Virus record (IMG/VR): IMGVR_UViG_3300033402_000018
Origin: a virus
DNA length: 55,764 nt
Reading direction: 5' to 3' (one strand)
Position 1 is the first letter of the stretch; each line of letters opens with the position of its first letter. The notes beneath the pieces were generated by a model that ran no database searches, had not been told where the DNA came from, and worked only from the letters and a program-made list of their open reading frames with translations. Below, piece after piece: positions 25,445 through 33,153 of the stretch. Position numbers and translations under genes: made by a program.

Positions 25445-26113
25445 ATGTCCAAACTGAGCGATGCACTCAAACACATTCCCGGCGCAAGCGCCATTGTTGA
25501 TTTTGACGAAGATACGAAGCCAGCGCCAGTCCCAACCAAGCCCGTTTCAGAGCACCCGGCGTTCAACTTGACCCCCGGAGCTTTCAGCGCCGCACCAGCG
25601 GTCCCAGCATCCGGCTCGCCGTTCGCGGTTCCAAGCACCGTGGTGATTGACGAAGGCGTGTACCAGAGCATTCTGAAAAAGACCAACTTTGACGCGACGT
25701 CGGTCGGTCAGACGATCCACAAGTATTACGATGCCCTCGAAGGCACCGGGATGGACCCGAACGCACGGTTCAAAGCAGCATTGAAACAAGCCGCCGCGCT
25801 GGATCACATTGCACCTGACCAAGTTCTTGCGACATTCGATCAGTTGACCGCCGCGCTGGAGAAAGACGCGCAGGGATTCGCCGGAGTTGCTTCGAGCGTG
25901 GAAGCCAAGGAAATCACTGCACGCCAGCAGAAGTTGCAGGACATCGCACAGCAAATCGCGCAGCTTCAACAGCAACAGACACAGGTTCAGGGTGAGCTTG
26001 TTGACGCGCAGACCACGCACGCCAACGCGACCGCCCAATACAACATGGCAAAGCAGCGCCGGGAGCAGGAAATCACCGCTCAGAAGGCGCAGTTCGCGGC
26101 CCTGTTGAAATAA
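25445..26113 (+). CDS. hypothetical coiled-coil protein
   Basis: 222 aa; Pro/Ala-rich N-terminal part, Gln-rich heptad C-terminus (QQIAQLQQQQTQVQGELV). Confidence 0.6.
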   Translation: MSKLSDALKHIPGASAIVDFDEDTKPAPVPTKPVSEHPAFNLTPGAFSAAPAVPASGSPFAVPSTVVIDEGVYQSILKKTNFDATSVGQTIHKYYDALEGTGMDPNARFKAALKQAAALDHIAPDQVLATFDQLTAALEKDAQGFAGVASSVEAKEITARQQKLQDIAQQIAQLQQQQTQVQGELVDAQTTHANATAQYNMAKQRREQEITAQKAQFAALLK

Positions 26114-26139
26114 CGAGCTTGCCGCTCGTAGCTTAATGC

Positions 26140-26167
26140 GTGGCAAACCGTGCGCACGGTTTGCCAC
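26140..26167 (+). other. strong intergenic hairpin (possible terminator or processing site)
   Basis: GTGGCAAACCGT-gcgc-ACGGTTTGCCAC perfect 12-bp stem, 27 nt after stop 26113; no U-tract. Confidence 0.7.
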
Positions 26168-26293
26168 ACGGAAAAGAGTCCCTCTTTAAGTGGGAAAGAT
26201 GTTCTCGGACTTCGCAAGGGGCACCGAGTATCCGGGCACGGATAGGTTCAAATCCAACCGGGCGGCATTGATTTCAGTAGTCAAGCAGGTAGG

Positions 26294-26319
26294 TTTCGCG
26301 GTATACTTTCGCGGTATAC
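26294..26319 (+). repeat. 13-bp perfect tandem duplication carrying two TATACT boxes
   Basis: TTTCGCGGTATAC x2 (26294-26306, 26307-26319) followed by partial TCGCG; 25 nt upstream of ATG 26345. Confidence 0.9.
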
Positions 26320-26344
26320 TCGCGAAGAAAAGGAAAACGACTCT

Positions 26345-27436
26345 ATGAGCACCACACCTTCACCACTCGCCAACTTCAATCCGAAGTCGTTCTGGAAAAA
26401 GCCGGAAGGCGTTCCCGGAATGATCCTGATGGGTCTGTTACTCGGACTAGGGGGCTGGGGACTGTACATCGCACTCCCCTTTATTATCACCCTGCTGACC
26501 AACGTCATCTACACCGCCGCGCTCGTCGGCGTCATCGCTGCTCTGGCGTACATCGTCATGAACGGGACCGTTCAAACGCTCGCCAAGAACATTTTCCAGT
26601 CCATCTGCCGGGGCATCGCCACTTGCTATACCACGATTGATCCCATCGGCATCCTGAAGAACCAGCTTGACGACATGAAGAAGGCAAAGCGTGAACTGGA
26701 TGACACCATTCAGCGTTTCGCTGGCTCTGACAACAGCCTTCGCACCAACATCGCCAAGAAGCAGCAGGAGATCGCGCAGTTGAAGGCGCAGTCACAGGCG
26801 GCTGACCGTATGTTGGCGAGCAAGTCCGATCCATTGGAGCGGGAACGCATCAAGCTGCAAGGCGAAACGTATCTGGAGAAAGCTGGATTGCTGATGCAAG
26901 CAGTTGCGCAGCTTCAGGCTCTTGAAGATCAGACCGCCGACATGCTTGGCAAGTTCCGTCACTGGAGTCAGGTATCCGACGCCAAGATTGACCGCACCGC
27001 GATGCGCGTTGAAATCTTCGCCGAACAGCGCAAGATGATTTTGGACGCCAAGAAGACGCTCAGCGTCGGCCTCCGCTTGCTCAAGGGCGATGACGAACAG
27101 TTGAAGCTGGTGGACGGCGCTATCGAATTCCTCACGGAAGACGCAGCCCGCACGCTTGGTGAAATCCAAGAGTTCAACCGCTTCTCTGACAAGATGTTGA
27201 CCGACATCGACATCAGCAACAGCGCCAACGCTGAAATGGCACGCGCCAAGTTCGCCGAAATGGGAACGAAGCTCGAAGCCAGCGCTAACCGTCCGTCCGC
27301 CGTAGATCAGTTGCAGGCGGCGATGAACGGCGCTGGGCCGATCAGCATCCCATCGTCTCCGGTTGTGGGACGCGGGACAGCGGCGAGCGGTGGTCAGTCA
27401 GACAACACGGACTACAGCAGCCTGTTCAACAAATAA
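26345..27436 (+). CDS. membrane-anchored coiled-coil protein, PspA/IM30-like (tentative)
   Basis: two N-terminal TM helices, then DPIGILKNQLDDMKKAKRELDD..KKQQEIAQLKAQSQAA long heptad region resembling PspA (DPxKL..I.EME..); family call tentative. Confidence 0.5.
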   Translation: MSTTPSPLANFNPKSFWKKPEGVPGMILMGLLLGLGGWGLYIALPFIITLLTNVIYTAALVGVIAALAYIVMNGTVQTLAKNIFQSICRGIATCYTTIDPIGILKNQLDDMKKAKRELDDTIQRFAGSDNSLRTNIAKKQQEIAQLKAQSQAADRMLASKSDPLERERIKLQGETYLEKAGLLMQAVAQLQALEDQTADMLGKFRHWSQVSDAKIDRTAMRVEIFAEQRKMILDAKKTLSVGLRLLKGDDEQLKLVDGAIEFLTEDAARTLGEIQEFNRFSDKMLTDIDISNSANAEMARAKFAEMGTKLEASANRPSAVDQLQAAMNGAGPISIPSSPVVGRGTAASGGQSDNTDYSSLFNK

Positions 27437-27442
27437 GTTTGC

Positions 27443-27476
27443 CGGGGCTGAAAAGATTTGAAGCTTTTCGGCCCCG
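27443..27476 (+). other. 13-bp intercistronic stem-loop
   Basis: CGGGGCTGAAAAG-8 nt-CTTTTCGGCCCCG (one G-U) between stop 27436 and ATG 27507. Confidence 0.65.
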
Positions 27477-27506
27477 CTTGACATCGAAGAAACGAGGAGA
27501 TTCACA

Positions 27507-29327
27507 ATGCACATCAAACCGCAAGCAAAGATCGCTCTGGTAGTTGTTCTGGTTCTGGGCGTAGTCTTCGGACTCCGCACCGCCGCAGAGCATGGATTGA
27601 TCCCAACCCCCGGCATCATGAAGGCGTTGGTGCCTCAGAAGGCTGTCCTGCCTGATGTAAAGGATGCTCAAGTTCAGAACGTCGCCCCTGTAGCCCTCCC
27701 GCAAGACTCCCCGGCTAACGTTCAAGCCACGCCGATTCGTGGCGCGATCTGGGAATGGAACGCTCAGATGGGCATGATCTTCGCCAACGGCGGCGCAACC
27801 ACGACCGCTGGTTCGTTGATGGCGAAGCGCAACGTCAACCTGATTCTGTATCGTCAGGACGACACCAGCAAGATGCAAGAAGACCTGATCGCTTGCGCCA
27901 AGGAACTGCATGACGGCAATCCGTCTTGCTCGAACGGTGCAAACTTCGTGGTCATCATGGGAGACGGCGCTGGTCAGTTTGCCGCCGCAGTCAACCCGCA
28001 GCTTGCTAAGCTGGGCCCGCAATATCTCGTGAAGGTCATCGCCGCCACTGGTTACAGCCGTGGTGAAGATGCTTTCATGGCTCCCCCGGACGTGAAGAAG
28101 AGTCCCGCCGCTGCGAAGGGACTTCTGGTTGAAGGCGTGCTCCGCGATGGCGACTGGAATATTGCCATGAAGTGGGCTGCTGACAACAACATCCCCAACA
28201 ACCCGGACGAGAAGACCTACGACGCCAACGCTCTCAACTGGATTAACGCGCCGGACTACAATACCGCCGCGTCTGATTACGTTGCTGGCAAGTGCGAAGA
28301 CCGCAAGGTCGTAAAAGACGGTCACCCGACTGGCGAAACGAAGCACGTCTGCGTCAATGCGGTCGTGACTTGGACTCCCGGCGACGTGACGGCTGCTACT
28401 CAAAAGGGCGGCTTGGTCAAGGTGGTTTCGTCCAAGCAGTACCGTTCGCAGATGCCCGCTGTGGTCCTTGGCCCCGGCAAGTTCTTCGCCGACAATCGTG
28501 ACGAAGTAACCAACATGATCGCTGCCATCTTTGAAGGTGGAGATCAGGTTAAGGCGTTTGACACGTCTCTGCGCAAGGCTGCGGTCATTTCGACCAAGGT
28601 CTACAATGACGAAGGCGATCAGACTTCGCACAACGGCGATTTCTGGTATCGCTACTTCAAGGGCGTCCCGTACAAGGATCAGACCACGGGCGCGACTGTT
28701 GAGCTTGGCGGCTCCGCAGTGAACAACCTTGATGACAACCTCATCCTGTTCGGCTTGAAGCCCGGAACCAACGACAACTTCCGCAGCACCTACACGGTGT
28801 TTGCCAACATCGACGTTCAACAGTATCCGCAGTTGTTCAAAGAGACGCCGATTCCAGACGTGAAGTTGGTCGAAGACAAGTCTTACATCACCGGAGCACA
28901 GGCTGTTCTGTCCGGCGAAGGTGACACTGGTTCTGAAGCCAGCGCTCCGGCTTACGAGCAGGAAGCCAGCGGCGAGACCGTTTCCAGCCGCTCGTACAAC
29001 ATCAACTTCCAAACGGGAAGTGGGCAGCTTACGCCGCAAGGCGAACAGCAGCTTCGCGATCTGAAAGATGGTCTGGCAATCACCGGACTGTTCATTCAGG
29101 TGGACGGATACACCGACAACACTGGCTCTGATAGCGTTAACATCCCGCTGTCTCAGGCTCGTGCGGAGTCCGTGCGCAACTTCCTGCAACGCAACTATCC
29201 CGGCAACTTCCCGAACAAACGGTTCGCGGTCGCCGGACATGGTTCGCAGAACCCAATCGCGTCGAACGCCACGGCGGACGGTAAAGCTCAGAACCGCCGC
29301 GTGACGATCACGTTGAAAGGCAACTAA
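27507..29327 (+). CDS. periplasmic substrate-binding-like domain fused to OmpA-family peptidoglycan-binding domain
   Basis: N-terminal TM/signal (IALVVVLVLGVVFGL). C-terminus FQTGSGQLTPQGEQQL..VDGYTDNTGSDSVNIPLSQARAESV..GHGSQNPIASNATADGKAQNRRVTI is a classic OmpA_C motif. The central ~400 aa look SBP-like, next to ABC genes. Confidence 0.75.
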   Translation: MHIKPQAKIALVVVLVLGVVFGLRTAAEHGLIPTPGIMKALVPQKAVLPDVKDAQVQNVAPVALPQDSPANVQATPIRGAIWEWNAQMGMIFANGGATTTAGSLMAKRNVNLILYRQDDTSKMQEDLIACAKELHDGNPSCSNGANFVVIMGDGAGQFAAAVNPQLAKLGPQYLVKVIAATGYSRGEDAFMAPPDVKKSPAAAKGLLVEGVLRDGDWNIAMKWAADNNIPNNPDEKTYDANALNWINAPDYNTAASDYVAGKCEDRKVVKDGHPTGETKHVCVNAVVTWTPGDVTAATQKGGLVKVVSSKQYRSQMPAVVLGPGKFFADNRDEVTNMIAAIFEGGDQVKAFDTSLRKAAVISTKVYNDEGDQTSHNGDFWYRYFKGVPYKDQTTGATVELGGSAVNNLDDNLILFGLKPGTNDNFRSTYTVFANIDVQQYPQLFKETPIPDVKLVEDKSYITGAQAVLSGEGDTGSEASAPAYEQEASGETVSSRSYNINFQTGSGQLTPQGEQQLRDLKDGLAITGLFIQVDGYTDNTGSDSVNIPLSQARAESVRNFLQRNYPGNFPNKRFAVAGHGSQNPIASNATADGKAQNRRVTITLKGN

Positions 29328-29351
29328 GAGTCGTACCCCGTTCATTCGGCT

Positions 29352-29390
29352 GGGCAGGGATGAAATATTCCCTGCCCTTTTTTATTTTTT
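29352..29390 (+). terminator. Rho-independent terminator
   Basis: GGGCAGGGA-tgaaatat-TCCCTGCCC followed by TTTTTTATTTTTT. Confidence 0.85.
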
Positions 29391-29405
29391 CTGCATCTAA
29401 GAGAC

Positions 29406-29621
29406 ATGAGACCGAAACCAGCAGACGTTGAATTGAAGATCGCTGAGAGTGTCGGCTGGTACATTGACGTAACTAACGAAGAGAAGTGGCTGGTGCGTGA
29501 CGGCGGCGTGAATCAATGGGTCGGCCCCGGCGCAGCTACGGACGCGGAACTGAAATTGTGGGTTCTGCTGCTGACCAAGATTGTGACGAAAGAAGCCAAG
29601 GAATTTTTGGAGAGCCTGTAA
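29406..29621 (+). CDS. hypothetical protein
   Basis: 71-aa ORF right after terminator and GCATCTAAG motif. Confidence 0.5.
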   Translation: MRPKPADVELKIAESVGWYIDVTNEEKWLVRDGGVNQWVGPGAATDAELKLWVLLLTKIVTKEAKEFLESL

Positions 29622-30406
29622 TGAGTGAGTTCATTTCCGCTTACACACCGAACAAACCCACCAAGGTATCCACGGTCAAGATGCTGATCGCTAGCTATGC
29701 CGCGTTCTTCTTCGTGTTCTGGTTCTTCTCGCCGTTCCCGTTCCTGCCTTCAATCGGTGAAACATGGGCAGCGTGGGTTGAGCAGTGGGGGCAAGGCTTA
29801 GGCGGGGAACTCATTACTAGCTTCGAAGCCAACTTGCAAGCTATCGCTCTTTCTTCTCTCATCTCGCTGGGACTTGCCTATTTGACAGTGCTCGCCGGAT
29901 TCCGTCCAATCGTCACGTTCCTGTCCAAGCTACGCTTCCTTTCAATGGTCGGCTTGAGCTTTTTCTTCACGGTTGCCACGAAGACACAGCACCAACTCAA
30001 GATCAGCTTGTTGGTGTTCAGCATCAGTGTGTTCTTCGTGACCGGGATGGCTGACGTGATCGAGTCAATTCCGAAAGAACAGTATGATCTTGCACGCACG
30101 CTGCGCATGGGGCCGTGGCGCACCGTCTGGGAAGTAGTAGTGCTGGGTCAAATTGACAAGGCGTTTGATGTGCTGCGCCAGAACGCCGCCATCGGATGGA
30201 TGATGCTTACGATGATTGAAAGCATGGTTCGTTCCGAAGGCGGCATTGGCGCTATGCTCACCACCGCGAACAAACACTTTTACCTTAACGCAGTCTTTGC
30301 CATCCAGATCACCATTCTGTTGATGGGGTTGGGGCAGGACTACTTGATCGGCGCATCGAAGAAGCTCTTCTGTCCGTATGCCGCGCTGGGATCGGAGCGC
30401 AAGTGA
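29621..30406 (+). CDS. ABC transporter permease (NitT/TauT-type binding-protein-dependent family)
   Basis: ATG 29621 (TAATG). About 6 TM helices. EAA-like loop ESIPKEQYDLARTLRMGPWRTVWEVVVLGQI. Confidence 0.8.
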   Translation: MSEFISAYTPNKPTKVSTVKMLIASYAAFFFVFWFFSPFPFLPSIGETWAAWVEQWGQGLGGELITSFEANLQAIALSSLISLGLAYLTVLAGFRPIVTFLSKLRFLSMVGLSFFFTVATKTQHQLKISLLVFSISVFFVTGMADVIESIPKEQYDLARTLRMGPWRTVWEVVVLGQIDKAFDVLRQNAAIGWMMLTMIESMVRSEGGIGAMLTTANKHFYLNAVFAIQITILLMGLGQDYLIGASKKLFCPYAALGSERK

Positions 30407-30798
30407 AGAACCTTGAAGGATACGCGCTGATAGCGCTCGTGCTGTTCACATTGTTCACATTGTTCACCATTGGCTGCGGAAGCACGCCTCCTGTATGGAC
30501 AGCCTATACTGCGGAAGCTGTGTACCTGAACGAACCCGGCTCCGTGTCAATTCTGATGCGTAACGAAGATAACAGTCTTTCGGTGAAAAAGTTTTATGTC
30601 AGTACCGATGCACTGATTATCAAAGACGACATCGTTGATTCCCGCGCACATCCATGGGTGAGTGTTGAGCAAGAGAGTGAGATGGGCGACTTGGTGACTA
30701 CCAAAATCACAGTCCACGTTCACAGCATCAAAGAAATCCAGCCCGGACACTGGAACCACGGAAAGTTCGGACAGGGACAAGATCAGCAGATAGAATAG
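30403..30798 (+). CDS. putative lipoprotein
   Basis: GTGA overlap; signal with LFTLFTLFTIGCGS lipobox-like Cys; 9-bp TGTTCACAT x3 repeat at 30443-30469 encodes LFT repeats. Confidence 0.55.
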   Translation: MKNLEGYALIALVLFTLFTLFTIGCGSTPPVWTAYTAEAVYLNEPGSVSILMRNEDNSLSVKKFYVSTDALIIKDDIVDSRAHPWVSVEQESEMGDLVTTKITVHVHSIKEIQPGHWNHGKFGQGQDQQIE

Positions 30799-30807
30799 GG
30801 GAAGACA

Positions 30808-31263
30808 ATGGGCTTCATATTTGGGATAGTGGTTGGGATTTGCCTTGCGGCGCTTATAGGGCATTGCTGGCAGGAAGACGGCTGTGACCACACATGGAAA
30901 GTCACCGCTGCGCATCAGATGATGCTCGTACACACCATCCACGGCGTTACCATTGGGGAGCCGGATGATGGGCAACCAGTCACCGAAGTGCTTTCTCGCT
31001 GCACCGTCTGCGGGGAAACGGTCACCGAAGAACTCTCAGGTCACTGGACTTACGAGCAGCTATCCGGTGAGCCGGATGCGTCCGGGGAAAACACAACTTT
31101 TTGGCGAACGGCGAAAAAGCCGGAGCCGGAGCAAACCGATATTTTTTGGCGAACGGCGAAAAAGCCGGAGCCGGAGCAAACCGATGATCGAAGTGGGACA
31201 GGAAGTGACGCGCTGGCTGGCGGGGACAATCCCGATGCAGCTAAAAGTGACAGCGGTAACTGA
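30808..31263 (+). CDS. hypothetical membrane-anchored protein with 15-aa tandem repeat
   Basis: N-terminal TM; FWRTAKKPEPEQTD(I) x2. Confidence 0.5.
   Translation: MGFIFGIVVGICLAALIGHCWQEDGCDHTWKVTAAHQMMLVHTIHGVTIGEPDDGQPVTEVLSRCTVCGETVTEELSGHWTYEQLSGEPDASGENTTFWRTAKKPEPEQTDIFWRTAKKPEPEQTDDRSGTGSDALAGGDNPDAAKSDSGN
31098..31185 (+). repeat. perfect 43-nt direct repeat at 45-nt period
   Basis: TTTTTGGCGAACGGCGAAAAAGCCGGAGCCGGAGCAAACCGAT at 31098-31140 and 31143-31185. Confidence 0.9.
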
Positions 31264-31447
31264 AGACCGAATCATCTGCGGCGACTACGAGTTCGACAAA
31301 CGGACTGGCGCTGAGATTGATGACTTCATGGGATTCGGGCCGGACTTCACAGGCAGCTACATCAAGGTTCCCGGCGTGAACTATGTTCAGGCTTCTGATG
31401 AAGAAGCACTGGCACGTCTCGAACAAATCGGCAAGAAAGGCGAATGA
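31184..31447 (+). CDS. hypothetical protein
   Basis: ATG 31184 at the end of the repeat, frame of ORF 30953..31447; 87 aa globular-looking; overlaps previous gene tail by 80 nt. Confidence 0.45.
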   Translation: MIEVGQEVTRWLAGTIPMQLKVTAVTEDRIICGDYEFDKRTGAEIDDFMGFGPDFTGSYIKVPGVNYVQASDEEALARLEQIGKKGE

Positions 31448-31448
31448 T

Positions 31449-31622
31449 ATGAATGCCGCGATCAAAGAAGTTATCGAGAAGCACGTCTGGGCGTATGGGC
31501 CTAACCGCAAAGGCTGCGTTATGTTCATGACGGATGGCGTCAGGGAAGTAGCCAACGAACTTGAAATCAGCTATCGGGCGGCGGAAGAGCTTGTCCGATG
31601 CTGGATTGGGGAGACATTCTAA
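31449..31622 (+). CDS. hypothetical protein
   Basis: ATG 31449, 57 aa, frame of ORF 31383..31622. Confidence 0.4.
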   Translation: MNAAIKEVIEKHVWAYGPNRKGCVMFMTDGVREVANELEISYRAAEELVRCWIGETF

Positions 31623-32497
31623 TGGCGGCACTTTATCCATACACCTACGGGCCTACGCTTCTTAAAATCGACAACGTTTGCCTATCGGCGTCGTCTGACG
31701 GTCTGCGGTTGCTCGAACACGAAGAACCGGGGAGCCGCCCCATTCTGAAGAACGTGAGCGCCGAAATCAAGAAGATCGACCGTGTTGGATACGTTAACGG
31801 TCAGATCGTAGGATTCATCGGCCCGTCTGGTATCGGCAAAACACAGCTTTTCCGCATCATTGCCGGACTCAACAAGCCAACATCAGGTTCCGTCACGATC
31901 AATGGCGGCAAAGTGGTGCAGGCAGGTGAAGTAGGCGTCGTGGCGCAGAATTACCCGCTCTTTGCGCATCGCACGGTCATGAGTAACCTCATGCTCGCCG
32001 CCAAACAGAAAGAGAAAGACCCCAAAGTAGCGCATGACAAAATCATGACGTTCTTGAACGAATTCAAGCTGGCGGACAAGGCCCCATTGTATCCGGCGCA
32101 GTTATCAGGTGGGCAGAAGCAGCGCATCGCCATCATTCAGCAAATCCTGTGCTCAGAGCATTTCCTGCTCATGGATGAGCCTTTCTCCGGCTTGGACATC
32201 ATCGTAGAAGGCAAATGCACTGAGTTGATCTTGAAGGTTGCCAACATGGACGGCTTGAACACCGTGATCGTAGTCACGCATGACATTTCAGCCGCCGCAG
32301 CCATCGCCGATCACATCTGGGCATTGGGGCGTGAGCATGATGCTGAAGGCAACCCGCTCCCCGGCGCGAGTATTGTGAAGACCTACGACCTGATAAACGA
32401 AGGTCTGTGCTGGACACAGTTGGGTGAACACGCGATGGTTCAACCAAACATGGTTGAGTTCATCCGCCAAGTCAAGGAAGATTTCTACAAGTTCTAA
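31622..32497 (+). CDS. ABC transporter ATP-binding protein (NitT/TauT-like)
   Basis: Walker A GPSGIGKT, signature LSGGQKQR, Walker B LLMDEPFSGLD, H-loop VVTHD; TAATG junction. Confidence 0.88.
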   Translation: MAALYPYTYGPTLLKIDNVCLSASSDGLRLLEHEEPGSRPILKNVSAEIKKIDRVGYVNGQIVGFIGPSGIGKTQLFRIIAGLNKPTSGSVTINGGKVVQAGEVGVVAQNYPLFAHRTVMSNLMLAAKQKEKDPKVAHDKIMTFLNEFKLADKAPLYPAQLSGGQKQRIAIIQQILCSEHFLLMDEPFSGLDIIVEGKCTELILKVANMDGLNTVIVVTHDISAAAAIADHIWALGREHDAEGNPLPGASIVKTYDLINEGLCWTQLGEHAMVQPNMVEFIRQVKEDFYKF

Positions 32498-32512
32498 CAT
32501 TTGTGGTAAAAT
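32484..32512 (+). promoter_or_regulatory. extended -10 promoter candidate
   Basis: TCTACA-N17-TAAAAT with TG (TTGTGGTAAAAT); 17 nt upstream of ATG 32529 with SD AGAGAGGAG. Confidence 0.35.
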
Positions 32513-32528
32513 CCAGAGAGGAGTTTTT

Positions 32529-32741
32529 ATGGCGAAGAAAGAAGCGAAAGTTTTGAAGCTGGTCTGCAAGTGCGGCGAATGCACCCATTGGGAAATTCTG
32601 CTGACTCGTAGCAGCGCGGGCAACTACACGGAGAACGAGCACATCAAGTGCATGACCTGCGGCACCTTGATTGAAGTGAGTTTCAGCGTCGGGCCTCACG
32701 AAGGTCTGCACTTCGAGAGACAGGGCAAGAACGAGAAGTAA
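32529..32741 (+). CDS. hypothetical zinc-ribbon protein
   Basis: CKCGEC..CMTCG two CxxC pairs; 70 aa; strong SD. Confidence 0.5.
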   Translation: MAKKEAKVLKLVCKCGECTHWEILLTRSSAGNYTENEHIKCMTCGTLIEVSFSVGPHEGLHFERQGKNEK

Positions 32742-32744
32742 ACC

Positions 32745-32885
32745 ATGCTGGATCGCGCCTTAGACTGGACGGGGGATCACCCGGTGATAACCGTGGTGAT
32801 CTGCCTTCTCCTGTTGACAGGCGGGTGCGGTATTAGCATTCATGTCGGCATCCTTTCGTCTCAGACGAAGTTGATGCCCTATTGA
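32745..32885 (+). CDS. small membrane peptide (46 aa), tentative
   Basis: found by eye; MLDRALDWTGDHPVITVVICLLLLTGGCGISIH..; fills gap between 32741 and 32892. Confidence 0.3.
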   Translation: MLDRALDWTGDHPVITVVICLLLLTGGCGISIHVGILSSQTKLMPY

Positions 32886-32891
32886 GGAACT

Positions 32892-33152
32892 ATGGCATAC
32901 GTCATTGCAGAGCCGTGTATCGGCGTCAAAGACACAGCATGTGTCGATGCGTGTCCAGTGGATTGCATTCACCCCAAAAAAGGCACACCTGAGTTCGAGA
33001 AAGAGCCGCAGCTTTACATTGATCCCGTAGAGTGCATCGACTGCGGCGCTTGCGTCCCGGTTTGCCCAACGGCCGCAATTTTCCCGGTGGACGATTTGCC
33101 CGAACAGTGGAAGAAATTCACCGAGATCAACGCCAAGTATTTTGGAAGGTAA
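32892..33152 (+). CDS. ferredoxin (7Fe-type, 3Fe-4S + 4Fe-4S)
   Basis: MAYVIAEPCIGVKDTACVDACPVDCIHP and CIDCGACVPVCPTAAIF cluster motifs; 86 aa. Confidence 0.9.
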   Translation: MAYVIAEPCIGVKDTACVDACPVDCIHPKKGTPEFEKEPQLYIDPVECIDCGACVPVCPTAAIFPVDDLPEQWKKFTEINAKYFGR

Positions 33153-33153
33153 C

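Noticed and set aside
26243-26272. GGTTCAAATCC..CGGGCGGCA resembling a tRNA T-loop plus acceptor 3' end (possible tRNA fragment or attP core)
   Set aside because: The flanking T-stem pairs poorly (3 of 5). No complementary 5' acceptor strand lies within 100 nt, and there is no integrase in the window.
27426-29345. 639-aa minus-strand ORF
   Set aside because: It is exactly antisense to the + strand gene that carries a textbook OmpA domain. Its Arg/Val/Gly-rich composition is typical of a frame shadow in GC-rich coding DNA, and it has no motif.
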